Shown here: positions 24,013-36,763 of the stretch, one piece after another
Position numbering within the stretch: the first letter of the stretch is position 1
Layout of the letters: every line of letters starts with the position of its first letter
From: Protoeuglena noctilucae
Lineage: Eukaryota
Reading direction: 5' to 3'
DNA length: 64,000 nucleotides
NCBI GenBank assembly: GCA_958009085.1
Contig: OY253686.1
Coordinates: 310,001-374,000 of the forward strand
Notes under the pieces: model-generated
Told to the model about the DNA's origin: nothing
Seen by the model: the letters and a program-made list of their open reading frames with translations, nothing else
Database searches by the model: none
Position numbers and translations under genes: made by a program

Positions 24013-25104
24013 ATGGCGAGCGCCGCGTGCCGCTGGCGCAGCGCCGCGCTGGCGGGCCCAGCGTCCGGGCTGCGTCCATGCCCCAGCCGGGCCGTCCCGC
24101 CCCGCGCCGGGCGGTCGTTGCGCGCTGCTGCGCGTCCCGGGGAGAGTGATGGCCAGCGGGTGGCGAGGCCAAGGCCGGAGCCCATGCTCGGAGTGGAGCC
24201 GCCCTCCCGAGGGCCGCCCGCCCCGCTCAGTCAGCTCCCAGTGTGGAGCTACCCGTTCGTGGCCATCGCGACCATCATGATCGTGTCCCGCCTGTTCAAG
24301 CGCATGAAACGATTGATCTTTGGGTGAGTCCGCGCCGCCCGCACGAATCGTCTCTGCTCGCCTCGCCCACTGGCAGCCTGGAATCTTCGCACGCTGGCCC
24401 CGCCCACTCGGCTCCTCTGGCAGCCCTGCCCCGCCCTGCCATGGTCGCGGCGAGCTGCGACAGCGAGGGCATAGCAGACCCGTCGGCGGACATAAAAGGG
24501 CCCCGTGTTTGCCGTCGCGGCGGGGCCCTCGTCCCACCTCCGCACAACGCACTCAGCTGCGTATGTCGCGCAGTTGCCTGTGGCAGCGCGGTCAGAGTCC
24601 CCCCCGCGCCCGCCCGCAGGGGCCCGGGCTCGCTGGGCTCGGTCCGGGAGCGGGGCTTCAGCTACGAGGATTCGGCGGGGTACAACGAGCAGTACTTCCG
24701 CGACGTGATGAAGCGGATCAACACGAAGCCGGTGGAGCGGATCTCGGAGGAGCAGATCTTGGCCGCGAGGGAGCGCAGGCGGCAGGAGCTGCAGGAGGAG
24801 CGGGTCGACTTGGACGAGATCGAGATTCCGAAGGAGCACCCGTGGGCCGTGAAGGAGAGCACCACTCCCGAGGAGCAGGAGGAGATCAGGGTGAGCTGAG
24901 CAGCGTCTTGCCTGTGCGGCAAGCATGATGCACCTTTCGATGAGTGCTGGGCAGGTGCGTGCTGGGGAGGGGGGGCGGTACGTGGCTGTGACATGCTGAA
25001 GCCGCCCGCCTCTGCAGAAGCGGTTGAGCGCGCGGAGGGGGATGGATCCCAGTAGCCCGCGGGCACAACGAGCGCGGGGCAGGATGATGGATGGAGCGGC
25101 GTGA
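24013..25104 (+). CDS. Hypothetical, probably plastid-targeted single-TM protein
   Basis: Arg/Ala/Ser-rich transit-like N-terminus, hydrophobic WSYPFVAIATIMIV, introns 24324-24619 and 24891-25017, acidic/helical C-part (EEQILAARERRRQE...IPKEHPWAV), stop TGA 25102-25104. Confidence 0.65.
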
Positions 25105-25338
25105 CACTGATGAAGGGCGCCGTTCCGACAGGAAGATTTGGTTGTTGGATGTGTGCTGTCGTTGCTCTCCTCCACTCGCATCTGCATATGCTATCCATGT
25201 TGCGGATTCTTGAGCTGCCGGGCGGTCTTCAAGAGTTCAGCAGTTTGTCGAGGGATTAGTTGAGCATTTTGGCTCGCGGGGAGGCGACATCTGCCGTTAT
25301 GGAGCGGGGTGGTCATCGCTTAGACGCATTTAAGCGTC

Positions 25339-26802
25339 ATGGACCCCGCCGTCTCTCGCGCCGTGCTCGTCGGGTGGCGAAAGGGCCATGGGTTCAGCCC
25401 CGGCCGAAAAGTGCCGCGCCTTGCGGGCCCGGCGCGATTCGCCAGCCTGCCCACAAGGAGGGTTTGCGACAGAGAATCGAAGGGTCGCTTCCGCTGCCTG
25501 GCCTCCACGGGCCCGGGCGAGACCCGAGGGGGCGAGGAGCACCGGAGCAGGTGGGTCCTCACGCTTCCGCATCTCGCCCCCTTCCCCCGCTTCCGCATTG
25601 GCATTCCTTCATGCCCCCAGCCCTGCTCTCCCCACGAACCGGATGGAGTTCCTGTCTGAGGAGGAACGCTGGGCATCCTTCGTGTCGTCCAAGCACCGCC
25701 GGCTGGTGGAGCATTTGCAGTCGACGGGAGTCCTGACGTCACCGCGGTGCATGGCCGCCGTGGGCTGCACGGACCGCGGCAAGTTCGTGCTCCAAGGGGG
25801 CGCGGCCGCATATGGCGACCATCCACATCCCATCGGCTTCGGTGCCACCATCAGCGCGCCCCACATGCACGCCTACTGCCTCGAGCTTCTTCACGACCAG
25901 CTCGTCGAGGGCTCCCGGGTGTGTTCGCGGCTGGCCCTTGCCCTGGCAGAGTTGGCCAAGTGGCAAGAACAGCTTGCATCGACGCAGCGTGTGCCCTTCG
26001 CAGGCGCTCGACGTGGGGAGTGGGAGCTCGTACATCACCGCATGTATGGGTGCCATGGTGGCGCCGTCTGGGTACGTGTACGGCGTAGAGCACATTCCTG
26101 GTGAGGGCTTGCCGCCAGATGCCAAGTCTTTCTGGCTGGCTACCTTGATGCGTCCACACTGTACGGACACTGAGCCACCCCACGCTTCGCAGAACTCGTT
26201 GCAGCGTCCCGGCGCAGCATCGCAGCCGCTGCCAACGAGGGCAATGGATTGGCTCAGATGGTGGCCTCCCAGCACCTCTCGATCATTTGCGATGACGGCC
26301 GCGGTGGGCTACCCGACAAGGCGCCCTTTGATGCCATCCACGTTGGCGCTTCTGCCGAGACCGTCCCTCGTGAGTGCATGCGCCTGGCCTCTCATGTTGG
26401 CCGCGTGCCGACCCCGCTCAACCACGTCGGCTTGTCTGCCATCCCCATCCCTCTCGAAAGCCCGCTCGCGCCTGTGCAGCCATTTCACATGCGGTACGCA
26501 ACGCTCGGCGCTCGGCTTGCAGAGGTCCTGGTGGACCAGCTAAGGCCCGGAGGTCGCCTCGTGGTCCCCGTGGGCGGCGACTTGTGGAGCCAAGCCCTGA
26601 CGGTGGTGGACAAGCACGAGGACGGGACAAGTGAGGAGCTAGCTAACAGCGTTGCCGTGCAACCCTCGCCAAACGCTGCAGGACGCCACAGCTTGCGCCC
26701 GTCGCAGTCACGACGAGGGAGGCCATGAGCGTCCGCTACGTGCCCCTGTGCTCCGTCGGGAGGCAGGTGTCGAGGGAATTGCAGGAGGACGAGGGGTGGT
26801 GA
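25339..26802 (+). CDS. PIMT: Protein-L-isoaspartate O-methyltransferase with N-terminal transit-like extension
   Basis: IGFGATISAPHMHA, ALDVGSGSSY, APFDAIHVGA, LVDQLRPGGRLVVPVG, VRYVPL; 5 GT-AG introns. Confidence 0.93.
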
Positions 26803-26979
26803 GAGTGTGCCACCTGCCAGGGCACAACACCAAGGCTTGCATGCTCTTGGGATCAACACCAAGAGGCTGTCGCACAGCAATGGCAAGTACATGTACGATC
26901 TTTTTAGCTTAGTTGCTTCATCATTCTCGTTAGTTCCACTCTTCCGTTCAAAACACCCCTTCATCCACCCCACCCGGCG

Positions 26980-27805
26980 TCACTTTTTCAGCGGCCCCGA
27001 TGAGAACGCCCACGACACCTGAACCGTCTTCCCCAAGAGCTCCTTGCCGTCCATGGCAGCGATCGCGCTCTCCGCCTCCTTCTTGTCCTCGTATTCCAGC
27101 AAGGCGTACCCCTTCACGAACCCCGTCCTGCAACCAAGCAGCGCACCGAGACCGGTGCCCACAGATGCGCCACCCATACAGCAATGCGTCGGGGCAGCGA
27201 CCGACAAACATACACCGGCGATGTCATACCGCCGCAACCAGCGCCGCACCTCCGGTCCAAGTTGAGGTGCAGGTTCTTGATCTCGCCCAACTCCCCAAAC
27301 TCGTTGTGGAAATCCTCCTCCTGCGCCTCCTCGTGGACCCCCGTCACCATCACAATCCATCCCTCCACGGACTGCGCGGGGTGGGCGAGGCGGCGGGTCG
27401 CGGCGACCCCCAGCAGCGAACGCGTGGGCTCGGCATCACCTGCGCAGCCACACCGACCTTGGCCGGGCCGAAGGAGGGGCCATCCACCGTGTCAAAGGTG
27501 CCCCGGAAATCCTCGTTCTCCCTGTTGTCCTTGAAGCCGCGGCCCTGCGGGGAGGGCGGGCTGAGACCGCGTTGCTTCGGAAGGGTCGACGAAAGGCGCT
27601 CCACGCTCCAACATCAGGGGCCGAGGCTGCCGCCAGGGTTGCTCATAAACACTCCGCACCAGCCGCCTTCGCCCGGCGGCTGGAAAGTGGCCGGGCCATC
27701 CAGGAGGGGCCTGGAGCGAACGAAACGTGTGCGCGACGAGTTCCTCCACTCCCCGCCCACCTTGCGCCGCCGGCTGTCCCGCTGGTCCATCTCCACGTCC
27801 GACAT
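26980..27805 (-). CDS. RBM8A: Exon junction complex RNA-binding protein Y14
   Basis: [53 protein letters not shown]; 3 introns. Confidence 0.96.
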
Positions 27806-28406
27806 CGCCCCTGCGGAGGTGTCCACGCGCGCGGCGCCTCCCCTTTCGCTCGCAGCCTCCCCACTTCAAGATGGCAGAGATCCGGGGCGAAGCGAAGGCA
27901 GCGGCTACTTCAACTGATACACCAAAACCCCGAGAGACTGCCCGCGAGCTCGGCGGGCTCTGCTTCATTGGTGTCAGTACACGCCGGTCCCGGTTTGCGC
28001 GATCCGCAGCCAGACGGCGATGACGGGGGCCAGACGCGTTCATCAGGAGTTCCTCATCGCGGTCAGGCCCAGCTCGCCACGCTATCTGCTCCTGCATCCC
28101 GCTTCCGCGCTTCTCTGCCGGCAGGGAGGGATTGGGTCGAAGAGGTGAGCATGTTTGCGTCCACCATTTCGCAAACGTCCCGCTTTTGGGGACCGGGCGC
28201 GCGGCAGGTCCCCCGGCACGGTCCGGAGCCTCGCGGTGCCGAGCCTGGCCGCATTCCGGACCCGTCGGCCTCGCGATCCTTCCCAAGTATCCCGTAGCGC
28301 ATGGTCGGCGCTGCAGCGGTCGGCAGCGTCGCCTTGGCTTCGAGCAACGCGCCCGCCCCACCTCCAGGCGCTGGGAGAGCCGACGGGCGCTGCACCGGGG
28401 CGGTGG

Positions 28407-28430
28407 GAAGTGACGTGACGTGGGGACGTG
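28407..28430 (+). promoter_or_regulatory. Cluster of three GACGTG (ACGT-core, bZIP-type) motifs directly before the QCR8 ATG, in the divergent Y14/QCR8 intergenic region
   Basis: GAAGTGACGTGACGTGGGGACGTG|ATG read directly; function inferred only. Confidence 0.25.
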
Positions 28431-29218
28431 ATGTCGGCCATCCGGGGCGTGGTGAAGGGCTACGGTGAGCGCAAGAGGGGCTCCCAAGCCTTGCGGGCGG
28501 AGTTTCCGCCTCGTGTCGGAGGCCCCGCACGGCCAGGGGCGGCGCGCGTCGTGGTCCTGCCCGTCTCAAAGCAATGCATCAACAGCCGGCCGTCAGGCGC
28601 TGGAGAGGCGGTTGCTCCGGCGCGACGCGCTGACGCGCGCCTGTGGTATGGCTGTCCCCCCCGCAGGGGTCGCCCTGGCCAAGGGACAGCAGGCGCGGTT
28701 CATGGGTTTGGAGGCGGATCCGCTCTTCCACAAGCACAGGGAGGTCGTCTACCATCTGTCGGCCAACGAGCAGGTGAGGCTGCCCTTACGGTCGCTGCAC
28801 CCCGCGCCTGCGCCCTGCCCACTATGAGAGGGCGTGAGCCGGGTGTTGCTTCCGGGTTGCGGGCGCGGGGCCCTGCCTTGCCACGCCCACGGTCAGCGAT
28901 GAGGACAACTGCTCGGCAGAGGCAGGCGCTTCGCCTGCACACTGTGACGTTGTGAGAACATTTAGTCTTTCGCACTGAGCTGACGTTGCCTTGCACCGCC
29001 CTCGGGCCCCTGTCTGCGCCCGTTGTGGGACCCACGCCGCCCCGCGCGGCCTGCCGCAGGACATCATGGGGTCTCTGTACCGTGACGGCCCCAAGAAGCT
29101 CCTCAAGAAGGCCAAGAAGAACGCGCCCTACTTCGCCATCTTCCTCGCCTTCTCCGCCCTCCCCGTCGCCATGTGCGAGTACATCGATCACCAGAACATG
29201 CTGCACCACCGCTACTAG
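28431..29218 (+). CDS. QCR8: Cytochrome b-c1 complex subunit 8 (QCR8/UQCRQ)
   Basis: Three exons give ...REVVYHLSANEQDIMGSLYRDGPKKLLKK...AIFLAFSALPVAMCEYIDHQNMLHHRY-TAG, resembling plant/algal QCR8 (VVYxLSPxQQ...L.HRY/F). Confidence 0.78.
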
Positions 29219-29556
29219 GCATGCGGCCGGGCTGCCCCGGGCCCTGGGACGCCGGGGGCCGCGGCTGACCCCGCCGAGTTGAAGTCGAGTCATCGGACAC
29301 CCGAGCGTCGCCGCCGGGGGCGCGCATGGTGCGCGGGGGCCGAGTGGCTCCCCGGTCTGACGGACGGTGTCGAAGGGTCGGACCGGCACCGGCGCCAAGA
29401 CGCGTCGAGGGGGCCCCCGGTTGCGCCATTCCCCGCGCTGACACTAAAACGCGACGTTCAGACAGCGCAGACACTCCATCGCAAGCCGCTCCAAAGCGGG
29501 CGACACCTCGAGAGGGGGGGTCGGGTCGCGCGCGCCGGCCGAGCGCCGAGCCCGGC

Positions 29557-32500
29557 ATGATTCACGGCAGCTTGCTCGCTGGCGCGGCGCAGGTCACACC
29601 TGCGCCGTCGCTGGCGGGGGGTTCGCGACGCAAGCTTCCCGGTGAGCGGTGCACTGCGCCCGAGACGGGCCCCGCGCGGGTCGGGGCCCGGCGCGGCACA
29701 CCAGCGCCTCCTGGCCTTTCGCCGATCGTTTTGCGACTCCGCCGCGAAGGTCGCGGCCCCGCCCGAGCCTTCCCCGGGTCGCGGGAGGCCCGGTTCCTTT
29801 CCGCCCCAAGGCCCGCCCCTCTGGCCCGGGGGCGCCGCTGCCCGGGGCCGCGGCCCGACGGTCGCGTTTCGGAGATCGTTGCCGAAAACGTGCGGGGTGC
29901 GGCGGGCGCGCTCCTGCGCCCCCCGCGCTCGACCGCAAAAGTCGCTCTCGGGGCGTTGCGCGCCTCGCCGCGCGCCGTCGCTGGCCCGAGCGCCGGGACG
30001 GCGGGACGAGTCGCGTCCATTCCTTTCTCTCGCGCGTTTGGTGGGGCCCGGGGGCGCGGCGGGGCGCCAGGCGACCGTCCCAGTCCAAAGGGTTGCTGCG
30101 GACCGGCCCGATGCGTCGCCACCGGGCGCACGCGGTCGCCGCGATCGCTCACGGTCGTTTTGGCTTTATTCCACGGCCGGTGGGTCCGGTCCGATGCCGC
30201 CCGCGGCGGGTCCCGACGCTCGCTGTCCCACCTGGGCGATTCTCCCGGAACCGTTGCCCCTCCCCCCGCATCGCGCGTCGATTCCGGACCCTTCCACCCT
30301 CCGCACCTCTCTCGCGCCACCCTGCGCGCTTCGACGCCCCCCCGGCGCCGCGCCGCGCCGTGTTCCCCCCCCCCGCCCCATCGCCGCGCTTTTGCCCGAG
30401 CATCCTCGCCCCTCTCCCCGCCCCGCCCGCAGGAACTCCGTCGCGCGGCAGGGACTTGTCGCGGGGGGGGCGCGCGCAGGTCCGCGCCAGGTCGCCGTCG
30501 AGCGTGGAGACGGCCGATGCCCGGAGCAAGTCGCGGGCCGAGGAGGATGAGGAGCTGCGGCTGCAGAACGTCCGCCTGCGGGAGCAGCTAGCTTCGCGGC
30601 TCAGGGAACTCACGGTCGAGCAGCGGGAGGCGTTCCTGGCCAAGTGAGCGGCGCGCGACGCTGGCAGTAGCCCGCGCCCGGGGCAGCGACCGTTCACTGG
30701 TCGGAAACGTGTATCCTTTTCGACCGACCCCGCAGGCACGTGGCACTCGCATCGCTCTTGCGCGAGGAGGTCGAGAAGGCGGAGGTCAAGGCGCAGCAGG
30801 CCGCAGGTGAGGCGTCGACGGAAGGCCAGCCAGGGCCGCGGTTGCAGCTGCAGCTGCTGCCTGGGGGCATGTCCTGAACACGCACTGCGCTTTTGTCGAC
30901 GCAGAGCCGACGAGGCAGTTTGAGCCCAAGCAGACCTCGGCGTCGGGCCCGGTCTACCAGGCGCAACCCAAGGTGCTGAACTGTGTGGTGGCGTGCGAGC
31001 GAGTTCCCTTCGTGTCGAGAGCCATGCCATCAACCAGGCTTGACGTCATCGCAGGGCGCGTCGGGTGCTCCGAAGAAGGAGACAATCCTGTGGTCGTCTA
31101 ACGAGGAAGAGATGCCCCCGGGGATGGCTGAGGCGCTGCTGAGCGAGCAGGACGACCGCAGCGGCATCGCTGGGCCGCGGGACGAGGAGGCGGCCGCGAG
31201 GGCCGTCGCGGAGGCGGAGGCGGAGTTGGCGGAGGCCGAGGAGGAGCTGGCTGAGGCGGAGGCGGCGGCGGAGATGGCTGCAGCGGAGGAGGCGGAGGAG
31301 ATGGCGGTGGCGGCGGTCGCGAGGGGCGAGGGGCGGGGGCAGGGGCCAGAGGAGGAGGAGGAGGAGGTCTACGAGGTGTACGAGCCGCCGAGCACCGTGG
31401 GGAGGGCCGCAGAGCGGAGGGGCCCGGGGCCGACGGACGTGGCGTCCCCGCTGTCGTCGTCCGGGGTCCTGTCCATGCCAACGGCGCCTTGGGGCGGGCG
31501 GATGGGGCAGCCGGAGTTCCCCATTGGCCCGGGGAGCGCGAGCTGGGCGCAGCAGCCGGCGCGTGTCGAGGCGGCTTCCGCGGCGGCGGGGGTGGACGAG
31601 GCGGCGGCGGCCGCACGTGCGCGGGACGCGGCAGCTCTCGAGGAAGCGCGGCGGCAGGAGGAGGAGCGCAAGGCGGCGATGAAGCAGCGCGAGGAGGAGA
31701 TGAAGGCGGTGGCGCGGGCGAGGGCGGCGGAGGAGGTCGCCAACCTACGCCCCATGGATGTCCTGGGCAAGAAGAACGACTGGCGCATTCTGACTGGTGA
31801 GCCGTGGATTGGGCTTAAGCTGTGACCGAGAGTTGGCCGCGTTGGTGTTCATGCCTCAACAGCCGGCGGTCTTGAGCAGGATGTGACGCACGTGGCGGTG
31901 CATGTGCCCACCCACTTGAGCGCGTCTGGTCCCTGCCCCCTGCAGTGCCGTCGCAGCCCGTGGCTGGGGCCAAGTGCGTGGTGTTCTACAACCGCACACG
32001 CAGCCAGGCGCTGCGCACGCGCCCGCGCATCCAGCTGCAGGGCGGGTTCAACAAGTGGGAGTTAGGGTCGCTTCGCGTGGACCTTACGCCTGAGTCGGGG
32101 GTGCCGCGGTCCGGGGAGGTGGACTGGTGGAGGGCGGAGGTGGAGATCCCCGAGGACGCCTTCGACATGTCGTTCGTGATGACGGACTGCGAGGGCGTGT
32201 ACGACAACAACGACGGGCAGGACTTCCGGTACACTCTGATGGCCGGCTCGACCCCGCAGGCCTGGGAGGAGCGCAAGGTGAGGGTGGACGCGGTTGCGGG
32301 GTGGCACACCGGCGGAGACTGCGCAGGGTGACACCAGAGGCGGAGGGTTAGCAGGGAAGAGAGCTACTCAATTTGGTGTCTTGGGCCCTGGGCGAAGCCA
32401 TGGTTCTGGCAGGTCCTGCCCCCCTTCGCCGCCGTCAAGCCCCAGGCATCGTGCCCCTCTCGTCGCAGGCCGCGATGGAGGCGGAGGCGGAGGAGAAGAG

Positions 32501-35500
32501 GGGGCAGCAGGAGGAGGAGGAGCGTCGGCTGGCAGAGGAGCGTCGGTTGAAGGAGCTGCTGGAGCAGGACCAGAAGCGAGGCCGCGACAAGGCCAACGAG
32601 CTGCGGACGGCCCTGGCCAACATGCGCAAGGCGTTGGGGAAGGACGGGGACAAGCACGGGCGCGCCAACGACGGGCGCACGATGGCGTGGGCCGTCGTGC
32701 AGCGTGGCCGCAAGGGTGAGGGCCTGCGGGGTGCAGAGGCGCCAGGCTAATGTTTAGCAGAGTTGTCAGCTTCATGCATCGCCACTTGGCTCGGAGAGCT
32801 GTCCGCGCCTGGCTGTGCCTCACCGAGCGTTCCCACGTCCGTTGCAGTGACGGTGTTTTACAACGGCGCCGAGGGCCCCCTGCGCAACGTCAAGTCGGGC
32901 CTCAACGTCCAGGTCGGCATCAACGGCTGGCAGGACTTGAAGCGCATCGAGCTGGCGCCCAGCGACCCCCCGTCGTCGTCGCTGCCCAAGGAGGGCGAGC
33001 CCGTGACGGAGGCGGGCGAGGCGCGGTCAGAGGAGATCCGGAGCAACGAGACCGCGGCGGGTGAGAGTTGGGGGGGTCTCGAAGTGGCAGCGCAGCAGTG
33101 TTCGGGGGATAGGTGGCAGGTGGAACAGGGTACTCAGCCTGCAGTGCCGCGGGGCCGGTCCTGATCGCGCTCCGCAAGTCGCCTCGTCGCCCGCAGCGGC
33201 CAAGGGCTCCGCACTCCGCTGGATGAGCGCCGAGTACGAGCTCCCCGACCACGCCCTGTGGCTCGACTTCGTCTTCTTCAGTGGCAACACGTGGGACAAC
33301 AACAGCGGGAAGGACTTCCGCTTCATGCTCGAGCTCCCTAGCGGCTTCAAGGACGAGGACGCGTTCTTCAAGAACCTGGAAGAGATCTACGCGGAGAGGG
33401 AGACGCAGGCGCGGCTGAAGAAGGAGGTGAGGAGCTCGCGCGGATATCGACGGAACCTGGCCAATCTGCACGCCGCGAGAGATGCGATGGGGCAGGATTC
33501 TAGTCATATTGTACTTGTTTTCACTCTCCGTCAAGATTGATTGGTGCCCGCAGGAGGAGGAGCGCCAGAAGGAGGCCGAGCGTGCCGAGGCGCGCCGTCT
33601 GGCCCGGGAGAAGGCCATGGCGGTGCTCCGCCGGCAGACGCGGCACGTGCTCTACACGTCGCCCGAGGTCATCCAGGCCGGGAGCACCATCACGGTGCGG
33701 TACAACCCGCAGGACACGGTGCTGCGCGGCCGGGACCGTATCTTCATCCGGGGCGGCTTCAACCGCTGGTCGCACTCCAAGTTCTTCGGGCCCGTCGAGA
33801 TGCTGCCGCCGAACAAGGGAGAGCTGCACTTCTCCGCCACCATCCCGGTCCCCAAGGACGCGTACAAGATGGACTTTGTGTTCAGCGACAGGTGAGCAAG
33901 ACAGCGCATGGCCTTTTGGCCTCCGATATAGCTGTGCTGCGCGATGACCGCATCGTTGCTGCGATGGTGGGGCGTATGGCACGGTGCACGGCTCGAACGC
34001 TCTGGATGGCATGCCAGGATGCGGGGCTCGGATGACACGTCGGGCCGAGTGCTGACCAAATTGCGCCTTTCCACCCCCGCAGCGCATCCGCGGAGGGCAC
34101 CTACGACAACAACAATGGCTACGACTACCATCTCCCCGTCGAGGGCTCGTCGAAAAAGGAGGCGCGGCTGCACGTGGTGCACATCGCGGTCGAGATGGCG
34201 CCGATCGCCAAGGTCGGGGGCCTGGGCGACGTGGTGACGTCCCTGGCGCGCGCGGTGCAGGAGCAGGGCCACATGGTCGAGGTCATCGTGCCGAGCTACC
34301 GCTTCTTCGACAGCTCGCCGCTCCTCAAGGACCGCAAGATGGAGTGCCGCTTCAACTGGGGAGGCACGCACATCGTGGTCACGTCCCAGATCGTCGAGGG
34401 CCTGCGCGTCTTCTTCATTCACCCGGAGAACGGCATGTTCGAGACGCAGCGCGTCTACGCCGACTACGGCGACGACGTCAAGTTCGACTTCTTCTGCAAG
34501 GCCGCGCTCGAGTTCCTGCTCCAGTCCCGGCGCCAGCCGGACGTGCTGCACTGCCACGACTGGTCGAGCGCCGAGGTCGCGCGGGCCTACTGGCAGGACT
34601 ACCACAACTACGGCCTCGGCAAGCCCCGCGTGGTGTTCACGATCCACAACCTTGAGTTCGGTCAGCAGCGCATCGCGACGGCCGCCTTCCACAGCCAGAA
34701 GGTCACGACCGGTGAGACGCGGCGCGCGAGGGAGCGGAGGGGCTCTGTTTGCATGTGCGAGTGCCCGCGCCTGCCTTTCAAGCACAACTAAGCTATGCCG
34801 TGGTGGTTTCGTGACCGCAGTGTCGCCGACGTATGCCAGTGAGATTTCCGGCCACCCTGCGATCGCCCCGCACCTCGGCAAGTTCATGGGCATCCGCAAC
34901 GGCATTGATGTTGACATCTGGGACCCGGCAGCCGACATGTTCCTCCCGATGGTGAGCGCCTGGGTGGGGCAATCGCCCTCGACCTGTTGTGTGACGGGTC
35001 GCTTCAGCTGGTTGCTTAGGCATGGCAGCCACTGGTGCCCATGTCTTCGGCCATCGATTTCAATCTCAACGTAGCTTCCGACCCCGACCCCTGTTGTCAC
35101 TGGCAGCTGCTTCGCCTGTCGCTGCCCATGCACGCGACACCGCACTCCCTGGCCCCATACTGATCTCATGCACCCCCCACCCCGTCTGCAGAAGTACACG
35201 GTCCAGAACAGCGAGGAGGGCAAGCGCGCTGCCCGCAAGGCCCTGCGCCAGCGCATCAACATGACGGACTGGCAGGACAAGCCGATCGTGGGCGTCATCA
35301 GCCGCCTGACGGCCCAGAAGGGCATGCACCTCATCAAGCACGCGGCCTTCCGCACCGTCGACCGCGGGGGCCAGTTCGTGCTCCTGGGGTCGGCCCCGGA
35401 CCCCAAGATCCAGGGCGACTTCAACCGGTGGGCGGGGCAGATGAACTCGGACGATTGCCGGGCGATCTTCACCTACGACGAGCCGCTGAGCCACCTCATC

Positions 35501-35905
35501 TACGCGGCGTGCGACTTCCTCGTCGTCCCGTCCATGTTCGAGCCCTGCGGCCTCACGCAAATGACCGCCATGCGGTATGGCGCCGTGCCCATCGTGCGGC
35601 ACACGGGCGGCCTACGCGACACCGTCTTTGACGTGGACAACGACAAGGCGCGCGCGGCGTGGGACATGGAGGGCAGCAGCGACTGGCAGCGGGACAAACT
35701 CGACGAGACGAACGGTTTTGCGTTCGAGGGGACGGACCCGGGTGCTTTGGACTACGCCATCAACCGGGCGATGGACGCCTATTGGAATGACCGCCCTTGG
35801 ATCCGGTCGCTGCAGAAGCGCGTCATGCAGCAGGACTGGAGCTGGAACCGCCCTGCGCTCGACTACATCGAGCTCTACTATAACCTTGCGAAGAGCAGTG
35901 GCTGA
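29557..35905 (+). CDS. SS3: Soluble starch synthase III (plastid; three CBM53 starch-binding modules plus GT5 catalytic domain)
   Basis: Transit-like exon 29557-29641, long intron 29642-30432; three repeats with G(G)FNxW/INGW...D(M/F)xF...(Y/W)DNNxGxD(F/Y); catalytic VHIAVEMAPIAKVGGLGDVV, HCHDW, FTIHNLEF, SRLTAQKG, PSMFEPCGLTQM; stop TGA 35903-35905. Confidence 0.95.
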
Positions 35906-36763
35906 GGAGGCAAGGCGGGCATCGGGATTGGGGCGCGTCGCCTGGCGTGCCGGGTCATAACTGGCCGGGGCCTGCCGGCCGCTTCCCGGCCACGCATGCT
36001 GCGCCCACCCCACTGTGTCCTGTGCGGGACGGTGTTGTACCCTGCAGCTCAGCTGGCCGAGCGTTCGATCCTGAGGCGTGTGTCGCTGCTTGAGAGGCCG
36101 CCCAGGCCCACCTCGGCCCCTGCTTTGTTTCCCTAAGACCCCTCCTTCTCCCCATGCCTTGCCTACGCTTTGCTTGTCACCAAGGGCCCCGCCCAGGGCC
36201 CACAAGCCCCCCGGGCCATCCCCCCGACACTCGCCCCCACCCTCGACCTTGGCCGCCTCCCCGGTGCACCTGCCAGCGATTTTCTCGAGAGGTCGGCGCG
36301 GCTGACCCGCATATGACTGTTTACACGAGCCACGGCACTCCCCGCCGCCGTCTGGCTGCTGCGGCTGACCCTCCCGCGCCCTTTTACCCCACCCACTTCG
36401 CATTCACTCCCACCACGCTGGCTTGGCCGACCTTTCCCGTCGCGGTGACTTTTTGAAGTAAGTGCGTTGAAGGACATGCACGTGAGGACGGACACCCGGT
36501 CACGAAGTTCAAAATCCAAAACAAGTGCATGGGTTGCAAGTGCATGGGAAGGGATCACAGAGAGGGCGCAGAGCCCGGGGTCGCACCACCGCGCGCTCGC
36601 GCATCGAAAAAGTCTCTCGTTGGCCTCGCCGCCCTAAGAACGCCATCTACTCGACAACTAGGATCACGCATGACCACTGAGCAAGTGCCATCGCCGCCAC
36701 CACGCAACCCGCCGCCGCGCTGCCGCATGCAGCCGCTCAGCTTGCGATGCAGCCTTGGGCTCG

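Noticed and set aside
36045..36071. tRNA-like fragment: D-arm-like GCTC-AGCTGGCC-GAGC followed by T-loop-like GTTCGATCC in the SS3 3' region
   Set aside because: No anticodon arm, variable loop or acceptor stem; the A- and B-box-like motifs abut. Not a tRNA; chance or an unprovable SINE relic.
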